From Emiliania huxleyi CCMP1516 (lineage: Eukaryota), in contig NW_005201113.1 in the NCBI RefSeq assembly GCF_000372725.1, positions 124,001 through 188,000 on the forward strand: a stretch of DNA of 64,000 bases, given 5' to 3'. Below the pieces are notes generated by a model. That model saw only the letters and a program-made list of their open reading frames with translations, was not told the DNA's origin and ran no database searches. Of the stretch, positions 36,491 through 46,833 are shown piece by piece (within the stretch, counting starts at the first letter, position 1; each line of letters starts with the position of its first letter). Position numbers and translations under genes: made by a program.

Positions 36491-37056
36491 GTGTGTGGCG
36501 CAGCGCCGCAGACGGGAGGCCGTTGTGGGGGAGATACGGCGCGGCTTCCTTGTTGGTTGAAAGTTTGTGGGGAGTGCGGGGGTTGTCGAGGTTCAAGAGT
36601 CGATGAGGAGCGACACCGAATGGTTAAACGATGTTAGCCAGTCGTTGGTCGGACTGTGTTTCGCCTTCCCATCAATCAATCAAGCCGAGAGAGAGTACTC
36701 TCAAAAAATTAAACAAATGTCTGCCTGGCAGCGCTTGTCCCGGGCGACAGCGCACAGCGGGGGACCCCGCAGCAGCAAACCCGCCCCACTTACATCCGGT
36801 GGCTTCCTAACAACGAAGGCGCTCTCAAAAATAAAGAAAGGGTTCGCTCGATGCAGCGCTGTCCGCGGACTTCTGAAGCAGCGTTAGGTCGCGAATGGGT
36901 ACCCTCCCCGGGGAAAACAAATCAGCCTCGCTCGAGGCAGCGCTTGTCCGGACACTTCTGATCAAGCCGGCTCCTTGTGGCCGCCCCAAAAGCCTCGGGG
37001 CCGCCGCCCACGTGTGTCACCTGATTTTGGACCACTGTAGACTCTCGACTTCAGCG

Positions 37057-38595
37057 ATGGAAGCCTGCGGCTGCGTCATCACCTCCCAGGTCCGCTCTCT
37101 CCCCATTGCCGCCGCGCCGCTTCAGAAACGATTCTAGAATGCCGGCAGTTTCGCCGCTGGGTCTCTTTCCACCAGACCCGCACCCGCGCCATGCGCGGTG
37201 ACCGCCGGCCATTGGCGCGAACCACGGCGGCACGCCGCTCGCTCTCACCGCCGCCTCTCTTCGAAGCAGCTCCTCTCCCCTCGCCCGCTCTCTGCGCCCG
37301 GCACACTTCCGTCTTTTCCGCGCGAGAGGGCGCCGCCGCTCGGGCGCGGCTGTCGACGCGTGTGACCGCCCCGCCGTCTCCCCGCCGCGCAGGACGAGCG
37401 CAAGGTCGTCGAGCGCTGCGGCAAGTTCGAAGACGTCCTCGACGCGGGCTTCTCCTGCGTGCTCCCTTGCCTCTGCCAGTTTGTCAAGGGGTCCATCTCC
37501 ACCCGCATCCAGGCGCGAGAGTCTCGCCACCGCTGGCTGCGCCATAGCAGCGCCACACGCCCTGCTCCTTTGTCTCTCCCTCGCCGCCGTCTCCTTTCCA
37601 CTCCCGCCTCTCTGCCCCCCGCCGCTCTGCCCTCCGCCCCTCTGCCCTCTGCTGCTGCCCTCACTGCGCCCTTACTAGCCACCGCCGCCCCCGCGCCTGC
37701 ACCCAGATGCGGGATATCTGCCCACATCTCCCCACATCTCCCCACATCTCCCCCATACCTCCCATCTCTCGCCATCTCTCCCCAGATGCTCGAGATCAAC
37801 GCCGATACGAAGACCAAGGACAACGTCTTTGTCGGGATCAAGGTCGCCGTCCAGTACCAGGTGTGGGGAGATCTGGGGAGATATGGGAGATATGGCATCA
37901 AGGTCGCCGTCCAGTACCAGGTGTGGGGAGATCTGGGGAGATATGGGAGATATGGCATCAAGTTCGCCGTCCAGTACCAGGTGTGGGGAGATCTGGGGAG
38001 ATATGGGAGATATGGCATCAAGGTCGCCGTCCAGTACCAGGTGTGGGGAGATCTGGGGAGATATGGGAGATATGGCATCAAGGTCGCCGTCCAGTACCAG
38101 GTGTGGGGAGATCTGGGGAGATATGGGAGATATGGCATCAAGGTCGCCGTCCAGTACCAGGTGTGGGGAGATCTGGGGAGATATGGGAGATATGGCATCA
38201 AGGTCGCCGTCCAGTACCAGGTGTGGGGAGATCTGGGGAGATATGGGAGATATGGCATCAAGGTCGCCGTCCAGTACCAGGTGTGGGGAGATCTGGGGAG
38301 ATATGGGAGATATGGCATCAAGGTCGCCGTCCAGTACCAGGTGTGGGGAGATCTGGGGAGATATGGGAGATATGGCATCAAGGTCGCCGTCCAGTACCAG
38401 GTGTGGGGAGATATGGGGAGATATGGGAGATATGGCATCAAGGTCGCCGTCCAGTACCAGGTGTGGGGAGATCTGGGGAGATATGGGAGATATGGCATCA
38501 AGGTCGCCGTCCAGTACCAGGTGTGGGGAGATCTGGGGAGATATGGGAGATCTCTACCAGGTATGTGTCGCGCGCCTTGCGGGGAGGGGCGCGGA

Positions 38596-38669
<74 letters not shown>

Positions 38670-40605
38670 CGCAGCAGCAGGCAGCGTCATCGCCACGACA
38701 CTGCAAGCAGCGCCGGCGATGGCGGACGCTCCCCCCCCCCCCCCCCTCCGGGGCACCGCCGCTCTGAACATCTGACGATTCGCACCAGGTCAACGGCGAC
38801 AGCCAGTCCATCCAAGACGCGATGTACAAGCTCACCAACCCCCGCGCGCAGGCTCGATCTCCCCATATCTCCCCATATCTCCCCATATCGCCGCCGCCGC
38901 CGCCGCCGCCGCTTCCGCCGTTTCGGCGCTTCCGCTCGCAAGCCACCGGAGCTTCGCTGGGCAGGCTTCCAGCCGCCCTCTAGCTTTGCTGAGGCCAGCG
39001 GCCCTCTGCGCCTTCCTCTGCCTGGCTGCGCTCTCCCCACGACCGCCGGCTTCTTTTTCAACCCCCCCCCCCCCCGCTGCCGAAGCGGGGGCCGGCCCGT
39101 GGTTGACCCCCCCCCCCCCCCCCCCCCCCCCCCCCACACACACACACGCACGCGTTTTCACCGGCCCCTGCGGCCGGCAGCGCCCGGGCCGGCAGTAATC
39201 GCGTGCCACAGCAACCCGCCCGCGCCTTCTATTTCCCGCGCACGCCTTACCGTTCGTGGTGACGCGGATTATCCCGGCGGCAACTGCGGAGCCTGTCCTC
39301 TCACCTCCCCCCCCTCGCGGCCGGCAGATCGAGTCTTACGTGCTCGACGTCGTTCGGTCGTCGGTGCCCAAGATCGACCTGGACAACGTCTTCCTCGAGA
39401 AGGAGGAGATCGCCGCATCCATTAAGGAAATGTTGGGCGAGACGATGGGCCGCTTCGGCTACTCCATCCTCGCCACGCCCGTCACCGACATCGAGCCGAA
39501 CCTGGAGGTCAAGCGCGCGATGAACGAGATCAACAAGGCGAAGCGGCTCCGCCAAGCCGCGGTCGACGAGGGCGAGGCGATCAAGATCCGCTCGATCAAG
39601 GAGGCGGAGGCGGAGGCGGCGCGCACAGAGATCCAGGCCAAGGCGGACGCGGAGGCCAAGTTCATGCAGGGCCAGGGCATCGCGCGGCAGCGGCAGGCGA
39701 TTGTGTCGGGACTGCGCGACTCGGTCAACTGCTTCAAGGCGTGGGGAGATATGGGGAGATATGGGGAGATATGGGGAGATATGGGGAGATATGACTCGGT
39801 CAACTGCTTCAAGGCGGCGATATGGGGAGATATGGGGAGATATGGGGAGATATGGGGAGATATGGGAGATATGACTCGGTCAACTGCTTCAAGGTCGGAA
39901 CCCTAACCCTAACCCTAATCCTAACCCTAACCCTAACCCTCGGTCAACTGCTTCAAGGCTACCCCCCCCTTACCCCCCCCTTTCCCCCCCTTACCCCCCC
40001 TTACCCCCCCTTTTCCCCCCTTTCCCCCCCTTTCCCCCCCTTTCCCCCCCTTTCCCCCCCCCTCCTTACCCCCCCCTACCCCCCCCCCCCAGGCGGACGT
40101 GGCGGGCGTGGACTCGAAGCAGGCGACGAACCCGCTGCTACACCACGCAGTGGGCCGCCCGTCTTTCCTTCCTCGCCACAGGCTTTCTTTTTTGTTTCTA
40201 GGTGATCGGCGTGCTGCTCGTCCCGCAGCGCGCGGCTTCGTTCTTTGCGCGCGAGTCTTCCCTGTTGCCCCTAGGTGATGGATTTGCTGCTCGTCACGCA
40301 GTACTTCGACATGATGAAGGACGTCGGCGGCAACTCGCGCTCCAACGCCGTCTTCATGAACCACTCCCCCGGCGCGCTCTCCCCCCTCGCCTCTTCCCCC
40401 GCCACCTTCTCTCTCCCCCCACCGCCTTCCCCTCCCCCACCGCCTTCCCCCCCCCACCGCCTTTTCCCCCACCACCTTCTCCCCAACACCCCGCTCCAAC
40501 ACCTCTCGAGCAGGTGCGCTGCAGGACCTCACCCAGGCCATCCAGGGCGGCTTCATGTCCTCCCTCCCCGCCGCGCCAAGCTTTGCGCAGGCGCAACGCC
40601 ACTAG
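37057..40605 (+). CDS. SPFH/band-7 protein, hypersensitive-induced response (HIR)-like; ~8 exons
   Basis: MEACGC; TKTKDNVFV; YKLTNPRAQ; SYVLDVVRSSVPK; DIEP; GQGIARQRQAIVSGLRDSV; VMDLLLVTQYFD; NHSPG. Confidence 0.92.
37834..38560 (+). repeat. 12 x 60-bp tandem repeat of exon end + donor + intron 10-mers
   Basis: Unit ggcatcaaggtcgccgtccagtaccag|gtgtggggagatctggggagatatgggagatat. Confidence 0.97.
38598..38665. repeat. (CAG)n microsatellite in an intron
   Basis: Directly visible. Confidence 0.9.
39899..39940. repeat. Interstitial telomere-type (CCCTAA)n repeat in an intron
   Basis: About 7 units, one variant. Confidence 0.9.
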
Positions 40606-41242
40606 GCAGGGGAAAGGCCCTAACTTGCGGGGGCGGCGATGCCGGTCGCGTCGCGGACGTGTTGTACATAGCGAGCGCCCCCCTTCGGAATGGCGGTTCG
40701 CATGGCAGAGACGGATAGCTGCACTGGTTTTGTTCCTCCGACCCCCGGTGCGCGGTGGCAAACACCCGTTGCGTCTCTCTTGTACCTAGTACCTTCCTGG
40801 TTCCTCTGTATGTGCTGGGCGGCTTCGTCGTTTCCGAGAAGAGACGTCGTTTTTTCTTTCGTTGCCAGTAGCACTACCTCTACTTCGTAGGAGGGGTGTG
40901 GATGCTGAGTTGACGGAAATCGGAGGACGCGACCCACTTCGCCACAGACGGTCCCGCGCCTCGCCACTATGACGGCGACACGGCCGCAGCTCGTGTGCGT
41001 GTCGCCGTCCGGAGTGAAAAGTCCAACGCGCTCGTCGGTGACGGTGACACACCTCCAACCTGCGCCGCTCTCGGCGAACTCGACAGCGCCTTCGGTGGCA
41101 TGCATCTCTTTGCGCCTGAAGCCTGGAGAGCAGCTCCTCTGCTGCTCACACACTCTGCACAGCTGACACAGCCTACTGTGCGGCTGCCACAGCTGTCACA
41201 GCGATGGGCTCGCCCTCACTGGCCCTCAGTCACTTGTGCACA

Positions 41243-41620
41243 AGTGATGGCCATTTACTGGTAAAAGAGTGGTATTTACCACTTATTTGATTCTCCTGGG
41301 GAGTGGTATGGTATGAGCAGAGAATGGTATGGTAAATTACGAAACTCAATGGAATCATCAATTTTTCGGGATCTGAGCCGAGTCTAGAGAGAGGCTGGTT
41401 TGCGGCCAAATTCAGCCAAATTGGCAATAATACCGGGTATTTTGCGGGTATATCTGGGAAACCCCGGGTATACCTGGAAAATACCGGGCATTTTGCCGAT
41501 TTCTCCGATTTTTGTCAGATTTTGCCTCAGAAGTCGTGGTAAATCTTACCACAATTTGATTGTTTTGGCCGTAGAGTGTTTGATTGTTCTGGGGGGCTAT
41601 ACCAGTAAATGGCCATCACT
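41243..41620. mobile_element. MITE-like element with 21-bp TIRs
   Basis: agtgatggccatttactggta at 41243-41263 and its exact reverse complement at 41600-41620; AT-rich interior; no TSD found. Confidence 0.7.
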
Positions 41621-42205
41621 GAGTTGCTGTATGGGTGGTGTCACAATGACCACTTTGTTGATGTTTTGGGTCCGTGTTGCTCCCAGCGCCTTGTGACGGC
41701 GGAGAACCGTGGTCCGTGGAGTTGACGTCTCCGTATTATACACTCCGACGGTCGTAGCGGCGTGGCTGGGTGGCTGAGGGCGGCGGACCGGCGGTGCGGG
41801 TGCGGAGGCGCCCCCGAGGGCGCGGCGTGGCTGGTCTCATGGGTCTAGCAAACCATAGACCACGCGCCAAGAGAACGCAACGCGAAAAACTTCCTTCGGC
41901 GATAGACCTGCGATAGACTTGTACGTCTCTCTCTCGCTCGAGACACCTCACACGACCCCACACACGGTCCTGTGTGCCTTTTGCGGCCGGCGAGATTGCT
42001 AGAGATTGAGCAGTCTGCTCTAGCCTCACACGTTACCCCCTGTCGCCTGTCTGTATTTGTGTGCTGTTGTTTGAGCCCTTGGCACCGTGAGTGCTTGGGG
42101 GGGCAACAGGGGGGACGTGGTCAAGCAATTCTTTTGAGATCAACTGTGTGTGCACACCCTCAAGCGCCATGTGCGTCGGCTCTCAGGCGTTCGTTGCCTG
42201 CTCAG

Positions 42206-42242
42206 AGAGAGAGAGATTTTTAGAAGCCAACAAGACCTTCTT
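42206..42242 (-). mobile_element. Divergent micro-insertion with TSD
   Basis: agagagagagatttttagaagccaac flanked by ctgctcag at 42198 and 42243. Confidence 0.6.
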
Positions 42243-42486
42243 CTGCTCAGCGACTGGCTCTCAGCAAGCGACGAAAGAAACCCATTTTTTTGCCTTCTCC
42301 ATCCCCAGCTTGCCGCCTGTGTTTTCTTTCTTTCCGACAGCTGAGTCGGCCCCGCGCCGACCCACTCGTTCGGTGGTTCGGAGCGCCCGGAGGAGCATGT
42401 CATGCATAAAGTGATTTTTTCGAGCGTGACGCACATTGACGGTTGACCCGGGCGAGACGCCTCTTCCGCGTTGACCGCGACCGCTG

Positions 42487-43749
42487 ATGGACGACAACGA
42501 GGCCTTGAGCAATGAGGAGACGGAGTCGCTGGAGGAGTGGCTCGCGCGGAATTTACCCGACCCGGCATCTCTGCCGCTCGTGCCTGCGGATTCGGAAATG
42601 GATGCTGCAGCTGCTGCTGCAATCGTCTCACGGATCGAGCAGCTGGAACAAGAGCCCGAGGCATCGAACTGGAAGCCGCCGACGCAACACGAAGTGCTGA
42701 TGCTCCTGAAGTATCGCGACCACACTAGCTTCGCGACCGTCCCGCGCCGGCCTGTGGCAAATCAGGTGCGGGCACACGGAAGCTGCGTCTTTCACGTCGC
42801 ACCGAACCCAGCGCACGGCAAGCGCAAGAAGCGAGGCGGTGAGGCGTCTGCTTCTGCCGACGGTCTCGATTTGTGGATCAAACCCAACAGCGTGACGGGC
42901 CTTGGTGGCGGCTCGCTGTGGTACTCCGACCCGGACGCGCCGCACCAGAAGGTGGTCAAAGTGACCGCCTCGCTCAGTGCGGAGCAGAAGAGGCAGTACG
43001 GCGACAAGACAATCCACCACTACTGCCTCATGCACGCCGACGTGCCCGTTGATTCGGCGACGAAAAGCGTTGGGTCAGCTAAGACGCCCTGCAAGCACCT
43101 CCACGAGCCTGTGCGCTGGCTGGTCGTCTCGACGAAGGATGAGCCTCTGCAGGACGCTCAGCCCGCCCCGCTCGCGTTGCCTGCGGGGCCGTCGAGCTCG
43201 GAGGTCGGCGGCGATGCCGCACAAGTCAAGCAGAACGCTTCGTTTGGCACGGTGGAGGTGGACGAGCTTCGGATAGGGGGTGTCGACGTATGGGGGGAGC
43301 TCACGCGACTCAAGAGAGAGCTGGCACTGCTCCAGCAGCAGCCGGACGGCAGGGATGCCTGGACGAGCAGTCACCGAGCCGACCTTGCCGAATGGATGGA
43401 GAAGCTCGACCACTCCGAGCACGTGCGAGCCGGCGACGTCGTGCAGGTGCGTGGAGAGCGGCTGACCAAGGCGATCACGTTTGAGCCGGGCGGCACGCTC
43501 TTCGTCGTCAGCAGCGACCCGGCGCTCGCTTTCAATCTGCCCGAGGACACGGCGCAGCGCGAGCACGGCGCAGTGCTCGCCTTTGTCGGCCGCGTGCCCG
43601 TCCACTGCGTCGGCGACGCGCCGGTGGACTCCTACCTAGTGCCGTCGGGCGGCGGCGACGGCGCAGCGCGTGCGGTGCCGTGGGAGGAGCTCGAGCGCGA
43701 TCTCCAGCTGAGAGCGCAGCGCCCTCGTACCACGCCCGCCGCCGCGTGA
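42487..43749 (+). CDS. Unknown N-terminal domain + coiled coil + peptidase G2-like (intramolecular chaperone/autocleavage) domain
   Basis: ADLAEW..GDVV..VVSSDP..GRVPVHCVG..YLVPSG..DG.A resembles the DYAE-type tailspike chaperone domain. Confidence 0.6.
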   Translation: MDDNEALSNEETESLEEWLARNLPDPASLPLVPADSEMDAAAAAAIVSRIEQLEQEPEASNWKPPTQHEVLMLLKYRDHTSFATVPRRPVANQVRAHGSCVFHVAPNPAHGKRKKRGGEASASADGLDLWIKPNSVTGLGGGSLWYSDPDAPHQKVVKVTASLSAEQKRQYGDKTIHHYCLMHADVPVDSATKSVGSAKTPCKHLHEPVRWLVVSTKDEPLQDAQPAPLALPAGPSSSEVGGDAAQVKQNASFGTVEVDELRIGGVDVWGELTRLKRELALLQQQPDGRDAWTSSHRADLAEWMEKLDHSEHVRAGDVVQVRGERLTKAITFEPGGTLFVVSSDPALAFNLPEDTAQREHGAVLAFVGRVPVHCVGDAPVDSYLVPSGGGDGAARAVPWEELERDLQLRAQRPRTTPAAA

Positions 43750-46240
43750 CACGCTCCTCCTGCGGCCATACCAGACCGAGGCGATCGAGCGGGCCACGCG
43801 TGAAAACACAATCGTCTGTCTGGAGACGGGGCTGGGCAAGACGCTCATCGCCGTACGCCTGATTGACCACTTCATCGACGTGGGCAAGGCGCTCTTCATC
43901 GCGCCAACCGTAGTCCTCGTCGAGCAGCAGGCGCGTGTGTGCCGCGAGCAGTGCGCGCATTCGCTGCGTGTGGTCGAGCTGTGCGGCTCGCGGCAGGGCG
44001 ACTGGACGCGCGCGAGCTGGACGCGGTGCTTGGCCGAGAGCGATGTACTCGTCGGCACGCCCGAGATATTCAGGAGCGCGCTTGTCGACTCCGGCTGCCT
44101 CTCGCTTACCGCCTTTGGCCTCGTCATCTTTGATGAGGTACACCACGCCGTGGGGGGCGATCCAATGGCGTGCATCATGTACGACGCCTACCACTTGATG
44201 CGCCAGGCAGGCGAAAGCGCGCCCATGCCGCGTATCGTTGGTCTAACGGCCTCCTTGGCATCGGGCCGGCTCACCAATCTGTCGGCGAAGCGGCAGCAGC
44301 TCGAGGTGCGTATGGACGCCGCCATGTTCCGGCCAGGCGTGCCGCCGGAGTACCTCGTCGAGCCGACGTTTGCACCGCGTGTGGAGTGGGCGGCTGATGG
44401 CTTGGCCCGCTACGAAAGCCTCGCGCGCAGCAAGGTGGAGACGCTGTTCCGCGAGTTTGACGGCATGCCCACTAAGGTGAAGGATTTGGAGAGGCTCGTG
44501 CAGCGCGCGGGCCATGTGCTGCTCGAGTGCGGCATGATGGGCTTCATCTTTTACCTCGGCGAGTCACTCGCGTACCAGCTCGAGGGCATCGCCATCAAAC
44601 TCTCCGAGATACCATACGCGCCGGCACTCCACGAGAAGGCGCGACGCCTCTGCTCTGTGCTGCCGCAGCTACGCGCCGGGCTACGCGACGCGGCGCGCAA
44701 ACTGCAGGCCGACGGCGAGCTCACAGGCGCGCCATGCATCTCTTCCAAGTGCACTCGGCTGCTCGAGCTGCTCGGCGAGCTCTTTCGCGAGCACGGGGCG
44801 ACGCGAGGCTACAAGGGCATCATTTTCGTGGAGCAGGTCAGCCTGACGTTCCCGCTCGCGCATGTGATCAACCAGCACCACCCGCAGTCGGCCTCGTCGG
44901 CGGCGCGCCGCGCCATCCGCGCCCAGGCCATCTCCGGCGTGGGCACGATGTCGAGCGCGAGGCGCTCGGACGTCCTCGACGGCTTCAAGCGCGGGCGCAC
45001 GAGCGTGCTCGTCGCGACGGCAGCGCTCGAGGAGGGCATTGACGTCTCCGACTGCCAGTTTGTCATTCGGTACTCCAAGTTCAACACCTCTAAGTCGCAC
45101 ATCCAGGGCGCCGGCCGCGCGCGCCACGAGGACGCGGAGGTCTTCTACTTTGAGAATGATCCGGAGGACGAGGCGGCCAAGGCTCAGAAGATGGCGGAGT
45201 GCGCGCGCAACGAGGACGTCAAGCTCAGCGAGGCGCAGAGGCTCGAGCGCGCCGAGGTGCGCTCCATCGACGGCTTCTACCCCTATGCGCCCTGCGCGAC
45301 GGGCGGAGTCGTCAACATCTACAACTGCGTGGGCATCTTTCAAAGCTACTGCGGCAAGGTGCTCGGCCAGTCGCTCAATCTCGACACGTCGGGCATCTGC
45401 GTACAAGCGATGGAGGCGAGCACCCACACCCGTATGACGCACCGACGCGTTAGCTCCCATTGCCCCGCCCCACTATCTTGCTGGTCCTCGACTCCACAGG
45501 TGATCCGCGCGATGCCGCGTCTAGAGCGGCGCATCCACCGCGCCGTGCACTACCCTTCGCCCGCCGGCTACATCACCGTGCCTCGCGCTGACGTGGACGC
45601 GCACTGGGGGACCCGCAGCGTCGAGGACGCGCTCGTGCCCGGTCGGCCGTTGAGTGCGCAGGACCAGGAGCGCCACCGCTTCTTCTACACTGTCGTTGTG
45701 AAGATGCGCGAGGCGGGCCACCTTACAGCCGACAACCAGCCGAGCGCCGAGGCGCGTGCAGAGACCAAGGCGGCGATTGCGGCCATCCCCATGCCCGACG
45801 AGGTGACGCTGCGCGACTTATTTGCCCCCGATGCGCTCGACCCGCCGCCGTTGCCGCGCATCGCCGATGCCGGTGCGGAAGGTGGCGGAGGTGACGATCT
45901 TGCGACGCCGAGGCCAGTCGCAGCGACGCTCGCACCGGGGCCGCCGACCTCGCCGCCGGCCTCGCTCGCACAAGCTAGCATCAATGAGGACGCCAAGTCA
46001 CGGCTCGGCCGGAAGTATCCGGCGCAGGCTGCGTCGGCAAGCCTCACCTACCACACCGAGCGAGAGGGCCCGGCGCACGCACCTCACTTTCGGGCGACGG
46101 TGAGGGTGGTCGTGGGAGGCGAGCTCAGAGAGTTTGTCGGCGAGTGGAGTTCCACACGCAAGGCAGCGGAGCAATCGGCCGCGGCCGCTGCTCTGCGGTT
46201 CATCGATGTGCCAGCCGCGGTCGGGCCCTCGGGCTGCTGA
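43712..46240 (+). CDS. Dicer-type DExH helicase + DUF283-like + dsRBD, no PAZ/RNase III; GC-AG intron 45416-45499
   Basis: RPYQ, NTIVCLETGLGKT, DEVHHA, GLTAS, GIIFV, LEEGIDV, QGAGRAR; YCGKV..EAGHL; EGPAHAPHFRATV..TRKAAEQSAA; no own ATG before motif I. Confidence 0.88.
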   Translation, partial: ERSALVPRPPPRDTLLLRPYQTEAIERATRENTIVCLETGLGKTLIAVRLIDHFIDVGKALFIAPTVVLVEQQARVCREQCAHSLRVVELCGSRQGDWTRASWTRCLAESDVLVGTPEIFRSALVDSGCLSLTAFGLVIFDEVHHAVGGDPMACIMYDAYHLMRQAGESAPMPRIVGLTASLASGRLTNLSAKRQQLEVRMDAAMFRPGVPPEYLVEPTFAPRVEWAADGLARYESLARSKVETLFREFDGMPTKVKDLERLVQRAGHVLLECGMMGFIFYLGESLAYQLEGIAIKLSEIPYAPALHEKARRLCSVLPQLRAGLRDAARKLQADGELTGAPCISSKCTRLLELLGELFREHGATRGYKGIIFVEQVSLTFPLAHVINQHHPQSASSAARRAIRAQAISGVGTMSSARRSDVLDGFKRGRTSVLVATAALEEGIDVSDCQFVIRYSKFNTSKSHIQGAGRARHEDAEVFYFENDPEDEAAKAQKMAECARNEDVKLSEAQRLERAEVRSIDGFYPYAPCATGGVVNIYNCVGIFQSYCGKVLGQSLNLDTSGICVQAMEASTHTRMTHRRVSSHCPAPLSCWSSTPQVIRAMPRLERRIHRAVHYPSPAGYITVPRADVDAHWGTRSVEDALVPGRPLSAQDQERHRFFYTVVVKMREAGHLTADNQPSAEARAETKAAIAAIPMPDEVTLRDLFAPDALDPPPLPRIADAGAEGGGGDDLATPRPVAATLAPGPPTSPPASLAQASINEDAKSRLGRKYPAQAASASLTYHTEREGPAHAPHFRATVRVVVGGELREFVGEWSSTRKAAEQSAAAAALRFIDVPAAVGPSGC

Positions 46241-46833
46241 GCGTGCTTTCATGACCTTCCCACGTTGCGCCTCGACGCTCGCTGGACACTGCCTGGCCAC
46301 GCAGAATCGACCCGAGCAACCGAGCTGCTGCCTGTGGTGACTGGTGTGTGCTGTAAGCTGTGTCGCCACTTTTGTGTTCGAGTCCGCCCTTCTCAACAGG
46401 GGACTCCCTCTCTCTCTCGCTCCCTCCCTGCTCCCACCCTCCCACCCCTCTCTCTGATCTCTTTAGCTCTCTCTATCCTACGACATCGCTGTCGCCGGCG
46501 TCGCTCTGACTCGCGCTCGTGTTTCCCTTCATCACAGATTCACAGAGAGTTTGCTTACAGTTACACTGACTGACTCTCGCCCCCCCCCGGGCCACCGGGC
46601 GCGGTTCAGCTTTCACACATCACACACCGGGGAACTCTTCTCCGTCTTCATTTTAATCGGAACCACGTCAAAACTAATCTTAACCTTCTACCTTAGGCTC
46701 GAAGATGTTTTCGGTGTCATTCTGGTACGCCCCCTTGTAGACGGGCAAGGGGCTGGGGCGCGCACTGGCCGACTAAACACAGCGGGTAAACCACGGAGCC
46801 GCCCGCCAACCCGCCGGACAAACCATCAGTACT

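Noticed and set aside
37245..39425. Long repeat-protein ORFs including poly-Q/S/A frames
   Set aside because: Products of the 60-bp array and (CAG)n inside introns of the HIR gene
39899..39940. Chromosome end
   Set aside because: Short tract inside an intron with exons continuing on both sides
40620..41153. 177-aa minus-strand ORF
   Set aside because: No recognisable family or supporting signals; left uncalled
42487..43749. Prophage or bacterial contamination
   Set aside because: Only one phage-like domain; neighbouring genes have spliceosomal introns and host-like composition
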